Shown here one piece after another: positions 35,498 through 48,973 of a DNA stretch of 64,000 nucleotides (within the stretch, counting starts at the first letter, position 1; each line of letters begins with the position of its first letter). Position numbers and translations under genes: made by a program. Under the pieces are notes generated by a model. That model did no database searches. It saw only the letters and a list, made by a program, of their open reading frames with translations, and was not told the DNA's origin. Location: positions 212,722,001-212,786,000 of the forward strand of contig OZ024743.1 of assembly GCA_964016885.1 (NCBI GenBank), written 5' to 3'. This stretch comes from Eledone cirrhosa. Taxonomy: Eukaryota.

Positions 35498-38400
35498 ATA
35501 TATGGTTGAAGTAGTAGAGACGTCTATAGATGGTTGAGACAATAGAGTGGTCTATAGATGGTTGAATTAGTACAGTGGTCTATAGATGGTTGAGACAATA
35601 GAGTGGTCTAAAGATGGTTGAGACAATAGAGTGGTCTATAAATGGTTGAGACAATAGAGTGGTCTATAGATGGTTGAATTAGTACAGTGGTCTATATATG
35701 ATTGAGACAATAGAGTGATCTATAGATGGTTGAGAAAATAGAGTGGTCTATAAATGGTTGAGACAATAGAGTGGTCTATAGATGGTCGAGACAGTAGAGT
35801 GGTTTGTAGATGGTTGACACAATAGAATGGTCAATTGATAACTGAGATAGTAGAGTGGTCTATAGATAGATGAGACAGTAGGGTGGTCTATAGATGGTTG
35901 AAGTAATAGAGTGGTCTATAGATGGTTGAGACAGTAGAGTGGTCTATAGATGGTTGAAGTAGTAGAGTGGTCTATAGATGCTCGAGAGAATAGAGTGGTA
36001 TATAGATGGTTGAGATAATAGAGTGGTCTATGGATGGTTGAGACAGTAGAGTGGTCTATAAATAGTTGAGACAGTAGAGTGGTCTATAGATGGTTGAGAC
36101 AGTAGAGTGGTCTATAGATGGTTGAGACACTAGAGTGGTCTATAGATGGTTGAGACAGTAGAGTGGTCTATAGTTGGTTGAGACAATATAGTGGTCTATA
36201 GATGGTTAAAGTAGTAGAGTGGTCTATAGATGGTTGACACAATAGAGTGGTCTATGGATGGTTGGGGCAGTAGAGTGGTCTATAGATGGTTGAGACAATA
36301 GAGTGGTCTATAGATGGTTGAAGTAGTACCGTGGTCTATAGATGGTTGAGACGATAGAGTGGTCTATAGATGGTTGAGACAATAGAGTGGTCTATAAATG
36401 GTTGAGACAATAGAGTGGTCTATAGATGTTGAGACAGTAGAGTGGTCTATAGATGGTTGAAGTAGTAGAGTGGCCTATAGATGGTTGAGACAATAGAGTG
36501 GTCTATAGATGGTTGAGACAATAGAGTGCTCTATAGATGGTCGACACAGTGGAGTGATCTATAGATGGTTGAGACAATTGAGTGGTCTATAAATGGTTGA
36601 GACAATAGACTGGTCTATATCTGGTTGAGACAATAGAGTGGTCTATAGATGGTTGAGACAATAGAGTGGTCTATAGATGGTTGAGACAGTAGAGTGGTCT
36701 ATAGATGGTTGAGACAGTAGAGTGGGCAATAGATGGTTGAAGTAGTAGAGTCGTCTATAGATGGTTGAGACAATAGAGTGGTCTATAGATGGTTGGGACA
36801 GTAGAGTGGTCTATAGATGGTTGGGACAGTAGAGTGGTCTATAGATGGTCGAGACAGTGGAGTGGTCTATAGATGGTTGAGACAGTAGTGTGGTCTATAG
36901 ATGGTTGAAGTAGTAGAGTGGTCTATAGATGGTTGAGACAATAGAGTGGTCTATAGATGGTTGAGATAGTAGAGTTGTCTATAGATGGTTGAGACAATAG
37001 AGTGTTCTATAGATGGTTGAGATAGTAGAGTTGTCTATAGATGGTTGAAGTAGTAGAGTGGTGTATAGATGGTTGAGACAGTAGAGTGGTCTATAGAAGG
37101 TTGAGACAATAGAGTGCTCTACAGATGGTAGAGACATTTGAGTGGTCTATAAATGGTTGAGACAATAGAGTGGTCTATAGATGGTTGAATTAGTACAGTG
37201 GTCTATAGATGGTTGAGACAATAGAGTGGTCTATAGATGGTTGAGGCAATAGAGTGGTCTATAAATGGTTGAGACAGTAGAGTGGTCTATAGATGGTTGA
37301 GACAACAGAGGGGTCTATAGATGGTTGAGTCAATAGAGTGGTATATAGATGGTTGAGACAATAGAGTGGTCTATAGTTCGTTGAAGTAGTAGAGTGGTCT
37401 ATAGATGGTTGAGACAGTAGAGTGGTCTATAGATGGTTGAGACAGTAGAGTGGTCTATAGATGGTTGAGACAGTAGAGTGGTCTATAGATGGTTGAGACA
37501 GTAGAGTGGTCTATAGATGGTTGAGAAAATAGAGTGGTCTATAGATGTTTGAGACAGTAGAGTGGTCTATAGATGGTTGTGACAATAGAGTGGTATATAG
37601 ATGGTTAAGACAGTAGAGTGGTCTATAGATGGTTGTGACAATAGAGTGGTCTATAGATGGTTGAGACAGTAGAGTGGTCTATACATGGTTGAGACAGTAG
37701 AGTGGTCTATAGATGATTGAGACATTAGAGTGGTCTATAGATGGTTGAGACACTAGAGTGGTCTATAGATGGTTGAAGTAGTAGAGTGGTCTATAGATGG
37801 TTGAGACAATAGAGTGGTCTATAGATCGTTGAAGTAGTAGAGTCGTCTATAGATGGTTGAGACAATAGAGTGGTCTATAGAAGGTTGAGAGAGTAGAGTA
37901 GTCTATAGATGTTTGAGACAGTAGAGTGGTCTATAGATGGTTTAGAAAATAGAGTGCTCTATAGATGTTTGAGATAGTAGAGTGGTCTATAGATGGTTGA
38001 AGTAGTAGAATGTTCTATAGATGGTTGAGACAGTAGAGTGGTCTATAGATGGTTGAGACAATAGTGTGATCTATAGATGTTTGAAACCGTAGAGATGTCT
38101 ATATATGGTTGAGCCAGTACAGTGGTCTATAGATGATTGAGACAATAGAGTGGTCTATAGATGGTTGAGACAGTAGAGTGGTCTATAGATGGTTGTGACA
38201 AGAGAGTGCTCTATAGATGGTCGAGACAGAAGAGTGCTCTATAGATGGTTGAGGTAGTAGAATGGTCAATAGATGGTTGAAGTAGTAGAGTGGTCTATAG
38301 ATCGTTGAGACAAAAGATTGGTCTATAGATGGTTGAAGTATTAGAGTGGTCTATATATGGGTGAGACAGTCGAGTGGCCTGTAGATGGTTGAAGTAGTAG

Positions 38401-38699
38401 AGTGATCTATAGATGGTTGAAGTAGTAGAGTGGTCTATAGATGGTTAAGACAGTAGAGTGGTCTATAGATGGTTGAGACAATAGAGTGGTCTATAGATGG
38501 TTGAGACAATAGAGTGGTCTATAGACGGTTGAGGCAATAGAGTGGTCTATAAATGGTTGAGACAGTAGAGTGGTCTATAGATGGTTGAGACAACAGAGGG
38601 GTCTATAGATGGTTGAGTCAATAGAGTGGTATATAGATGGTTGAGACAATAGAGTGGTCTATAGTTCGTTGAAGTAGTAGAGTGGTCTATAGATGGTTG

Positions 38700-41600
38700 A
38701 GACAGTAGAGTGGTCTATAGATGGTTGAGACAATAGAGTGGTCTATAGATGGTTGAGACAATAGAGTGGTCTATAGACGGTTGAGACAATAGAGTGGTCT
38801 ATAGATGGTTGAGACAGTAGAGTGGTCTATAGATGGTTGAGACACTAGAGTGGTCTATAGATGATTGAGACAGTAGAGTGGTATATAGATGGTTGAGACA
38901 GTAGAGTGGTCTATAGATGTTTGAGACAGTAGAGTGTTGTATAGATGGTTGAGATAATAGAATGGTCTATAGATGGTTGAGACAATAGAGTGGTCTATAG
39001 ATGGTTGAGACAGTAGAGTGGTCTATATATGGTTGAGACAGTAGTGTGGTCTACAGATGATTGAGACAGTAGAGTGGTCTATAGATGGTTGAGATAATAG
39101 AGTGGTCTATAGATGGTTGAGACAATAGAGTGGTCTATAGATGGTTGAGACAGTAGAGTGGTCTATATATGGTTGAGACAGTAGAGTGGTCTATAGATGG
39201 TTGAGACAATAGAGTGGTCTATAGATAGCTGAGACAGTAAAGTTGTCTATAGATGGTTGAGACAGTAAAGTGGTCTATAGATGGTTGAGACAGTAGAGTG
39301 GTCTACAGATTGTTCAGACAATAGAGTAGTCTATAAATGTTTGAGACATTAGAGTGGTCTATAGATGGTTGAAGTAGTAGAGAGGTCTATAGATGGTTGA
39401 GACAATAGAGTGGTCTATAGATGGTTGAGACAATAGAGTAGTCTATAGGTGGTTGAGACAATAGAGTAGTCTATAGATAGCTGAGACAGTAAAGTGGTCT
39501 ATAGATGGTTGAGACAGTAGAGTGGTCTATAGATGGTTGAGACAGTAGAGTGGTCTATAGACTGTTGAGACAGTAGAGTGGTCTATAGATGATTGAGACA
39601 GTAGAGTGGTCTATAGATGATTGAGACAATAGAGTGGTCTATAGATAGTTGAGACAATAGAGTGGTTTTATAGATGGATGAAGTAGTAGAGTGGTCTATA
39701 GATGGTTGAAACGGTAGAGTGGTCTATATAAGGTTGAGAGAGTAGAGTAGTCTATAGATGTTTGAGACAGTAGAGTGGTCTATACATGGTTTAGAAAATA
39801 GAGTGCTCTATAGATATTTGAGATAGTAGAGTGGTCTATAGATGGTTGAAGTAGTAGAATGTTCTATAGATAGTTGAGACAGTAGAGTGGTCTATAGATG
39901 GTTGAGACAATAGTGTGGTCTATAGATGGTTGAAACCGTAGAGTGGTCTATATATGGTTGAGCCAGTAGAGTGGTCTATAGATGATTGAGACAATAGAGT
40001 GGTCTATAGATGGTTGAGACAGTAGAGTGGTCTATAGATGGTTGAGACAAGAGAGTGCTCTATAGATGGTCGAGACAGAAGAGTGCTCTATAGATGGTTG
40101 AAGTAGTAGAATGGTCAATAGATGGTTGAAGTAGTAGAGTTGTCTATAGATCGTTGAGACAAAAGATTGGTCTATAGATGGTTGAAGTATTAGAGTGGTC
40201 TATATATGGGTGCGACAGTCGAGTGGCCTGTAGATGGTTGAAGTAGTAGAGTGATCTATAGATCGTTGAAGTAGTAGAGTGGTCTATAGATGGTTAAGAC
40301 AGTAGAGTGGTCTATAGATGGTTGAGACAATAGAGTGGTCTATAGATGGTTGAGACAATAGAGTGGTCTATAGACGGTTGAGACAATAGAGAGGTCTATA
40401 GATGGTTGAGACAGTAGAGTGGTCTATAGATGGTTGAGACAGTAGAGTGGTCTATAGATGATTGAGACAGTAGAGTGGTCTATAGATGGTTGAGACAGTA
40501 GAGAGGTCTATAGATTTTTGAGACAGTAGAGTGGTCTATAGATGGTTGAGATAATAGAGTGGTCTATAGATGGTTGAGACAATAGAGTGGTCTATAGATG
40601 GTTGAGACAGTAGAGTGGTCTATATATGGTTGAGACAGTAGTGTGGTCTACAGATGATTGAGACATTAGAGTGGTCTATAGATGGTTGAGATAATAGAGT
40701 GGTCTATAGATGGTTGAGACAATAGAGTGGTCTATAGATGGTTGAGACAGTAGAGTGGTCTATATATGGTTGAGACAGTAGCGTGGTCTACAGATGGTTG
40801 AGACAATAGAGTAGTCTATAAATGTTTGAGACAGTAGAGTGGTCTATAGATGGTTGAGACAGTAGAGTGGTCTATAGATGGTTGAAGTAGTAGAGAGCTC
40901 TATAGATGGTTGAGACAATAGAGTGGTCTATAGATGGTTGAGACAATAGAGTGGTCTATATATGGTTGAGACAATAGAGTGGTCTATAGATAGTTGAGAC
41001 AGTAAAGTGGTCTATAGATGGTTGAGACAATAGGGTGGTCTATAGATGATTGAGACAGTAGAGTGGTCTATAGATGGTTGAGACAGTAGAGTGGTCTATA
41101 GATTGTTGAGACAGTAGAGTGGTCTATAGATGATTGAGACAGTAGAGTGGTCTATAGATGATTGAGACAATAGAGTGGTCTATAGATAGTTGAGACAATA
41201 GAGTGGTCTATAGATGATTGAGACAATAGAGTGGTCTATAGATAGTTGAGACAATAGAATGGTCTATAGATAGTTGAGACAGTAGAGTGGTCTATAGATG
41301 GTTGAAACGGTAGAGTGGTCTATAGATGGTTGAGACAGTAGAGTGGTCTATAGATTGTTGAGACAGTAGAGTGGTCTATAGATGTTTGAGACAATAGAGT
41401 GGTCTATAGATGGTTGAGACAGTAGAATGGACAATACATGGTTGAAGTAGTAGAGTGGTCTATAGATGGTTGAGACAGTAGAGTGGTCTATAGATGGTTG
41501 AGACAATAGAGTGGTCTATAGATGGTTGAGACTGTTGAGTGGTCTATAGATTGTTGAGACAATAGAGTGGTCTATAGATGGTTGAGACAATCGAGTGGTC

Positions 41601-44600
41601 TATAGATGTTTGAGACAATAGAGTGGTCTATAGATCGTTGAAGTAGTAGAGTGGTCTATAGATGGTTAAGACAGTAGAGTGGTCTATAGATGGTTGAGAC
41701 AATAGAGTGGTCTATAGATGGTTGAGACAATAGAGTGGTCTATAGACGGTTGAGACAATAGAGTGGTCTATAGATGGTTGAGACAGTAGAGTGGTCTATA
41801 GATGGTTGAGACACTAGAGTGGTCTATAGATGATTGAGACAGTAGAGTGGTATATAGATGGTTGAGACAGTAGAGTGGTCTATAGATGTTTGAGACAGTA
41901 GAGTGTTGTATAGATGGTTGAGATAATAGAATGGTCTATAGATGGTTGAGACAATAGAGTGGTCTATAGATGGTTGAGACAGTAGAGTGGTCTATATATG
42001 GTTGAGACAGTAGTGTGGTCTACAGATGATTGAGACAGTAGAGTGGTCTATAGATGGTTGAGATAATAGAGTGGTCTATAGATGGTTGAGACAATAGAGT
42101 GGTCTATAGATGGTTGAGACAGTAGAGTGGTCTATATATGGTTGAGACAGTAGAGTGGTCTATAGATGGTTGAGACAATAGAGTGGTCTATAGATAGCTG
42201 AGACAGTAAAGTTGTCTATAGATGGTTGAGACAGTAAAGTGGTCTATAGATGGTTGAGACAGTAGAGTGGTCTACAGATGGTTCAGACAATAGAGTAGTC
42301 TATAAATGTTTGAGACATTAGAGTGGTCTATAGATGGTTGAAGTAGTAGAGAGGTCTATAGATGGTTGAGACAATAGAGTGGTCTATAGATGGTTGAGAC
42401 AATAGAGTAGTCTATAGGTGGTTGAGACAATAGAGTAGTCTATAGATAGCTGAGACAGTAAAGTGGTCTATAGATGGTTGAGACAGTAGAGTGGTCTATA
42501 GATGGTTGAGACAGTAGAGTGGTCTATAGACTGTTGAGACAGTAGAGTGGTCTATAGATGATTGAGACAGTAGAGTGGTCTATAGATGATTGAGACAATA
42601 GAGTGGTCTATAGATAGTTGAGACAATAGAGTGGTTTTATAGATGGATGAAGTAGTAGAGTGGTCTATAGATGGTTGAAACGGTAGAGTGGTCTATATAA
42701 GGTTGAGAGAGTAGAGTAGTCTATAGATGTTTGAGACAGTAGAGTGGTCTATAGATGGTTTAGAAAATAGAGTGCTCTATAGATATTTGAGATAGTAGAG
42801 TGGTCTATAGATGGTTGAAGTAGTAGAATGTTCTATAGATAGTTGAGACAGTAGAGTGGTCTATAGATGGTTGAGACAATAGTGTGGTCTATAGATGGTT
42901 GAAACCGTAGAGTGGTCTATATATGGTTGAGCCAGTAGAGTGGTCTATAGATGATTGAGACAATAGAGTGGTCTATAGATGGTTGAGACAGTAGAGTGGT
43001 CTATAGATGGTTGAGACAAGAGAGTGCTCTATAGATGGTCGAGACAGAAGAGTGCTCTATAGATGGTTGAAGTAGTAGAATGGTCAATAGATGGTTGAAG
43101 TAGTAGAGTTGTCTATAGATCGTTGAGACAAAAGATTGGTCTATAGATGGTTGAAGTATTAGAGTGGTCTATATATGGGTGCGACAGTCGAGTGGCCTGT
43201 AGATGGTTGAAGTAGTAGAGTGATCTATAGATCGTTGAAGTAGTAGAGTGGTCTATAGATGGTTAAGACAGTAGAGTGGTCTATAGATGGTTGAGACAAT
43301 AGAGTGGTCTATAGATGGTTGAGACAATAGAGTGGTCTATAGACGGTTGAGACAATAGAGAGGTCTATAGATGGTTGAGACAGTAGAGTGGTCTACAGAT
43401 GGTTGAGACAGTAGAGTGGTCTATAGATGATTGAGACAGTAGAGTGGTCTATAGATGGTTGAGACAGTAGAGAGGTCTATAGATGTTTGAGACAGTAGAG
43501 TGGTCTATAGATGGTTGAGATAATAGAGTGGTCTATAGATGGTTGAGACAATAGAGTGGTCTATAGATGGTTGAGACAGTAGAGTGGTCTATATATGGTT
43601 GAGACAGTAGTGTGGTCTACAGATGATTGAGACATTAGAGTGGTCTATAGATGGTTGAGATAATAGAGTGGTCTATAGATGGTTGAGACAATAGAGTGGT
43701 CTATAGATGGTTGAGACAGTAGAGTGGTCTATATATGGTTGAGACAGTAGCGTGGTCTACAGATGGTTGAGACAATAGAGTAGTCTATAAATGTTTGAGA
43801 CAGTAGAGTGGTCTATAGATGGTTGAGACAGTAGAGTGGTCTATAGATGGTTGAAGTAGTAGAGAGCTCTATAGATGGTTGAGACAATAGAGTGGTCTAT
43901 AGATGGTTGAGACAATAGAGTGGTCTATATATGGTTGAGACAATAGAGTGGTCTATAGATAGTTGAGACAGTAAAGTGGTCTATAGATGGTTGAGACAAT
44001 AGGGTGGTCTATAGATGATTGAGACAGTAGAGTGGTCTATAGATGGTTGAGACAGTAGAGTGGTCTATAGATTGTTGAGACAGTAGAGTGGTCTATAGAT
44101 GATTGAGACAGTAGAGTGGTCTATAGATGATTGAGACAATAGAGTGGTCTATAGATAGTTGAGACAATAGAGTGGTCTATAGATGATTGAGACAATAGAG
44201 TGGTCTATAGATAGTTGAGACAATAGAATGGTCTATAGATAGTTGAGACAGTAGAGTGGTCTATAGATGGTTGAAACGGTAGAGTGGTCTATAGATGGTT
44301 GAGACAGTAGAGTGGTCTATAGATTGTTGAGACAGTAGAGTGGTCTATAGATGTTTGAGACAATAGAGTGGTCTATAGATGGTTGAGACAGTAGAATGGT
44401 CAATACATGGTTGAAGTAGTAGAGTGGTCTATAGATGGTTGAGACAGTAGAGTGGTCTATAGATGGTTGAGACAATAGAGTGGTCCATAGATGGTTGAGA
44501 CTGTTGAGTGGTCTATAGATTGTTGAGACAATAGAGTGGTCTATAGATGGTTGAGACAATCGAGTGGTCTATAGATGTTTGAGACAATAGAGTGGTCTAT

Positions 44601-47600
44601 AGATCGTTGAAGTAGTAGAGTGGTCTATAGATGGTTAAGACAGTAGAGTGGTCTATAGATGGTTGAGACAATAGAGTGGTCTATAGATGGTTGAGACAAT
44701 AGAGTGGTCTATAGACGGTTGAGACAATAGAGTGGTCTATAGATGGTTGAGACAGTAGAGTGGTCTATAGATGGTTGAGACACTAGAGTGGTCTATAGAT
44801 GATTGAGACAGTAGAGTGGTATATAGATGGTTGAGACAGTAGAGTGGTCTATAGATGTTTGAGACAGTAGAGTGTTGTATAGATGGTTGAGATAATAGAA
44901 TGGTCTATAGATGGTTGAGACAATAGAGTGGTCTATAGATGGTTGAGACAGTAGAGTGGTCTATATATGGTTGAGACAGTAGTGTGGTCTACAGATGATT
45001 GAGACAGTAGAGTGGTCTATAGATGGTTGAGATAATAGAGTGGTCTATAGATGGTTGAGACAATAGAGTGGTCTATAGATGGTTGAGACAGTAGAGTGGT
45101 CTATATATGGTTGAGACAGTAGAGTGGTCTATAGATGGTTGAGACAATAGAGTGGTCTATAGATAGCTGAGACAGTAAAGTTGTCTATAGATGGTTGAGA
45201 CAGTAAAGTGGTCTATAGATGGTTGAGACAGTAGAGTGGTCTACAGATGGTTCAGACAATAGAGTAGTCTATAAATGTTTGAGACATTAGAGTGGTCTAT
45301 AGATGGTTGAAGTAGTAGAGAGGTCTATAGATGGTTGAGACAATAGAGTGGTCTATAGATGGTTGAGACAATAGAGTAGTCTATAGGTGGTTGAGACAAT
45401 AGAGTAGTCTATAGATAGCTGAGACAGTAAAGTGGTCTATAGATGGTTGAGACAGTAGAGTGGTCTATAGATGGTTGAGACAGTAGAGTGGTCTATAGAC
45501 TGTTGAGACAGTAGAGTGGTCTATAGATGATTGAGACAGTAGAGTGGTCTATAGATGATTGAGACAATAGAGTGGTCTATAGATAGTTGAGACAATAGAG
45601 TGGTTTTATAGATGGATGAAGTAGTAGAGTGGTCTATAGATGGTTGAAACGGTAGAGTGGTCTATATAAGGTTGAGAGAGTAGAGTAGTCTATAGATGTT
45701 TGAGACAGTAGAGTGGTCTATAGATGGTTTAGAAAATAGAGTGCTCTATAGATATTTGAGATAGTAGAGTGGTCTATAGATGGTTGAAGTAGTAGAATGT
45801 TCTATAGATAGTTGAGACAGTAGAGTGGTCTATAGATGGTTGAGACAATAGTGTGGTCTATAGATGGTTGAAACCGTAGAGTGGTCTATATATGGTTGAG
45901 CCAGTAGAGTGGTCTATAGATGATTGAGACAATAGAGTGGTCTATAGATGGTTGAGACAGTAGAGTGGTCTATAGATGGTTGAGACAAGAGAGTGCTCTA
46001 TAGATGGTCGAGACAGAAGAGTGCTCTATAGATGGTTGAAGTAGTAGAATGGTCAATAGATGGTTGAAGTAGTAGAGTTGTCTATAGATCGTTGAGACAA
46101 AAGATTGGTCTATAGATGGTTGAAGTATTAGAGTGGTCTATATATGGGTGCGACAGTCGAGTGGCCTGTAGATGGTTGAAGTAGTAGAGTGATCTATAGA
46201 TCGTTGAAGTAGTAGAGTGGTCTATAGATGGTTAAGACAGTAGAGTGGTCTATAGATGGTTGAGACAATAGAGTGGTCTATAGATGGTTGAGACAATAGA
46301 GTGGTCTATAGACGGTTGAGACAATAGAGAGGTCTATAGATGGTTGAGACAGTAGAGTGGTCTACAGATGGTTGAGACAGTAGAGTGGTCTATAGATGAT
46401 TGAGACAGTAGAGTGGTCTATAGATGGTTGAGACAGTAGAGAGGTCTATAGATGTTTGAGACAGTAGAGTGGTCTATAGATGGTTGAGATAATAGAGTGG
46501 TCTATAGATGGTTGAGACAATAGAGTGGTCTATAGATGGTTGAGACAGTAGAGTGGTCTATATATGGTTGAGACAGTAGTGTGGTCTACAGATGATTGAG
46601 ACATTAGAGTGGTCTATAGATGGTTGAGATAATAGAGTGGTCTATAGATGGTTGAGACAATAGAGTGGTCTATAGATGGTTGAGACAGTAGAGTGGTCTA
46701 TATATGGTTGAGACAGTAGCGTGGTCTACAGATGGTTGAGACAATAGAGTAGTCTATAAATGTTTGAGACAGTAGAGTGGTCTATAGATGGTTGAGACAG
46801 TAGAGTGGTCTATAGATGGTTGAAGTAGTAGAGAGCTCTATAGATGGTTGAGACAATAGAGTGGTCTATAGATGGTTGAGACAATAGAGTGGTCTATATA
46901 TGGTTGAGACAATAGAGTGGTCTATAGATAGTTGAGACAGTAAAGTGGTCTATAGATGGTTGAGACAATAGGGTGGTCTATAGATGATTGAGACAGTAGA
47001 GTGGTCTATAGATGGTTGAGACAGTAGAGTGGTCTATAGATTGTTGAGACAGTAGAGTGGTCTATAGATGATTGAGACAGTAGAGTGGTCTATAGATGAT
47101 TGAGACAATAGAGTGGTCTATAGATAGTTGAGACAATAGAGTGGTCTATAGATGATTGAGACAATAGAGTGGTCTATAGATAGTTGAGACAATAGAATGG
47201 TCTATAGATAGTTGAGACAGTAGAGTGGTCTATAGATGGTTGAAACGGTAGAGTGGTCTATAGATGGTTGAGACAGTAGAGTGGTCTATAGATTGTTGAG
47301 ACAGTAGAGTGGTCTATAGATGTTTGAGACAATAGAGTGGTCTATAGATGGTTGAGACAGTAGAATGGTCAATACATGGTTGAAGTAGTAGAGTGGTCTA
47401 TAGATGGTTGAGACAGTAGAGTGGTCTATAGATGGTTGAGACAATAGAGTGGTCTATAGATGGTTGAGACTGTTGAGTGGTCTATAGATTGTTGAGACAA
47501 TAGAGTGGTCTATAGATGGTTGAGACAATCGAGTGGTCTATAGATGTTTGAGACAATAGAGTGGTTTATAGATCGTTGAAGTAGTAGAGTGGTCTATAGA
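38700..47600. repeat. Higher-order repeat: three near-identical 2,969-bp units (106 monomers + 1 bp)
   Basis: Rare variant AGTGGTTTTATAGATGGATG at 39661, 42630 and 45599; TATATATGGGTGCGAC at 40201, 43170 and 46139. All spacings are 2,969. Outer boundaries approximate. Confidence 0.92.
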
Positions 47601-48973
47601 TGGTTGAGACAGTAGAGTGGTCTATAGATGGTTGAGACAGTAGAGTGGTCTATAGATGGTTGAGAAAATAGAGTGGTCTATAGATGTTTGAGACAGTAGA
47701 GTGTTCTATAGATGGTTGTGACAATAGAGCGGTATATAGATGGTTGAGACAGTAGAGTGGTCTATACATGGTTGAGACAGTAGAGTGGTCTATAGATGGT
47801 TGAGACATTAGAGTGGTCTATAGATGGTTGAGACACTAGAGTGGTCTATAGATGGTTGAAGTAGTAGAGTGGTCTATAGATGGTTGAGACAATAGAGTGG
47901 TCTATAGATCGTTGAAGTAGTAGAGTGGTCTATAGAAGGTTGAGAGAGTAGAGTAGTCTATATATGTTTGAGACAGTAGAGTGGTCTATAGATATTTGAG
48001 ATAGTAGAGTGGTCTATAGATGGTTTAGAAAATAGAGTGCTCTATAGATGTTTGAGATAGTAGAGTGGTTTATAGATGGTTGAAGTAGTAGAATGTTCTA
48101 TAGATGGTTGAGACAGTAGAGTGGTCTATAGATGGTTGAGACAATAGTGTGGTCTATAGATGGTTGAAACCGTAGAGTGGTCTATATATGGTTGAGCCAG
48201 TAGAGTGGTCTATAGATGATTGAGACAATAGAGTGGTCTATAGATGGTTGAGACAGTAGAGTGGTCTATAGATGGTTGAGACAATAGAGTGGTCTATAGA
48301 TGGTTGAGACAGTAGAGTGGTCTATAGATGGTTGAGACAAGAGAGTGCTCTATTAATGGTCGAGACAGAAGAGTGCTCTATAGATGGTTGAAGTAGTAGA
48401 ATGGTCAATAGATGGTTGAAGTAGTAGAGTGGTCTATAGATCGTTGAGACAAAAGATTGGTCTATAGATGGTTGAAGTATTAGAGTGGTCTATATATGGG
48501 TGAGACAGTCGAGTGGCCCGTAGATGGTTGAAGTAGTAGAGTGATCTATAGATGGTTGAAGTAGTAGAGTGGTCTATAGATGGTTGAGACAATAGAGTGG
48601 TCTATAGATGGTTGAGACAATAGAGTGGTCTATAGATGGTTGAGACAATAGAGTGGTCTATAGACGGTTGAGACAATAGAGTGGTCTATAGATGGTTGAG
48701 ACAGTAGAGTGGTCTATAGATGGTTGAGACAGTAGAGTGGTCTATAGATGGTTGAGACAATAGAGTGGTCTATAGACGGTTGAGACAATAGAGTGGTCCA
48801 TATATGGTTGAGACAGTAGAGTGGTCTATAGATGGTTGAGACAGTAGAGTGGTCTATAGATGGTTGAGACAGTAGAGTGGTCTATAAATGATTGAGACAG
48901 TAGAGTGGTCTATAGATGGTTGAGACAGTAGAGTGGTCTATAGATGGTTGAGACATTAGAGTGGTCTATAGAT

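Noticed and set aside
26967-44559. Short minus-strand ORFs with SQPSIDHSTVSTIYRPLYCLNHL repeats
   Set aside because: Translations of the satellite where variants remove the periodic stop codon; no evidence of coding function.
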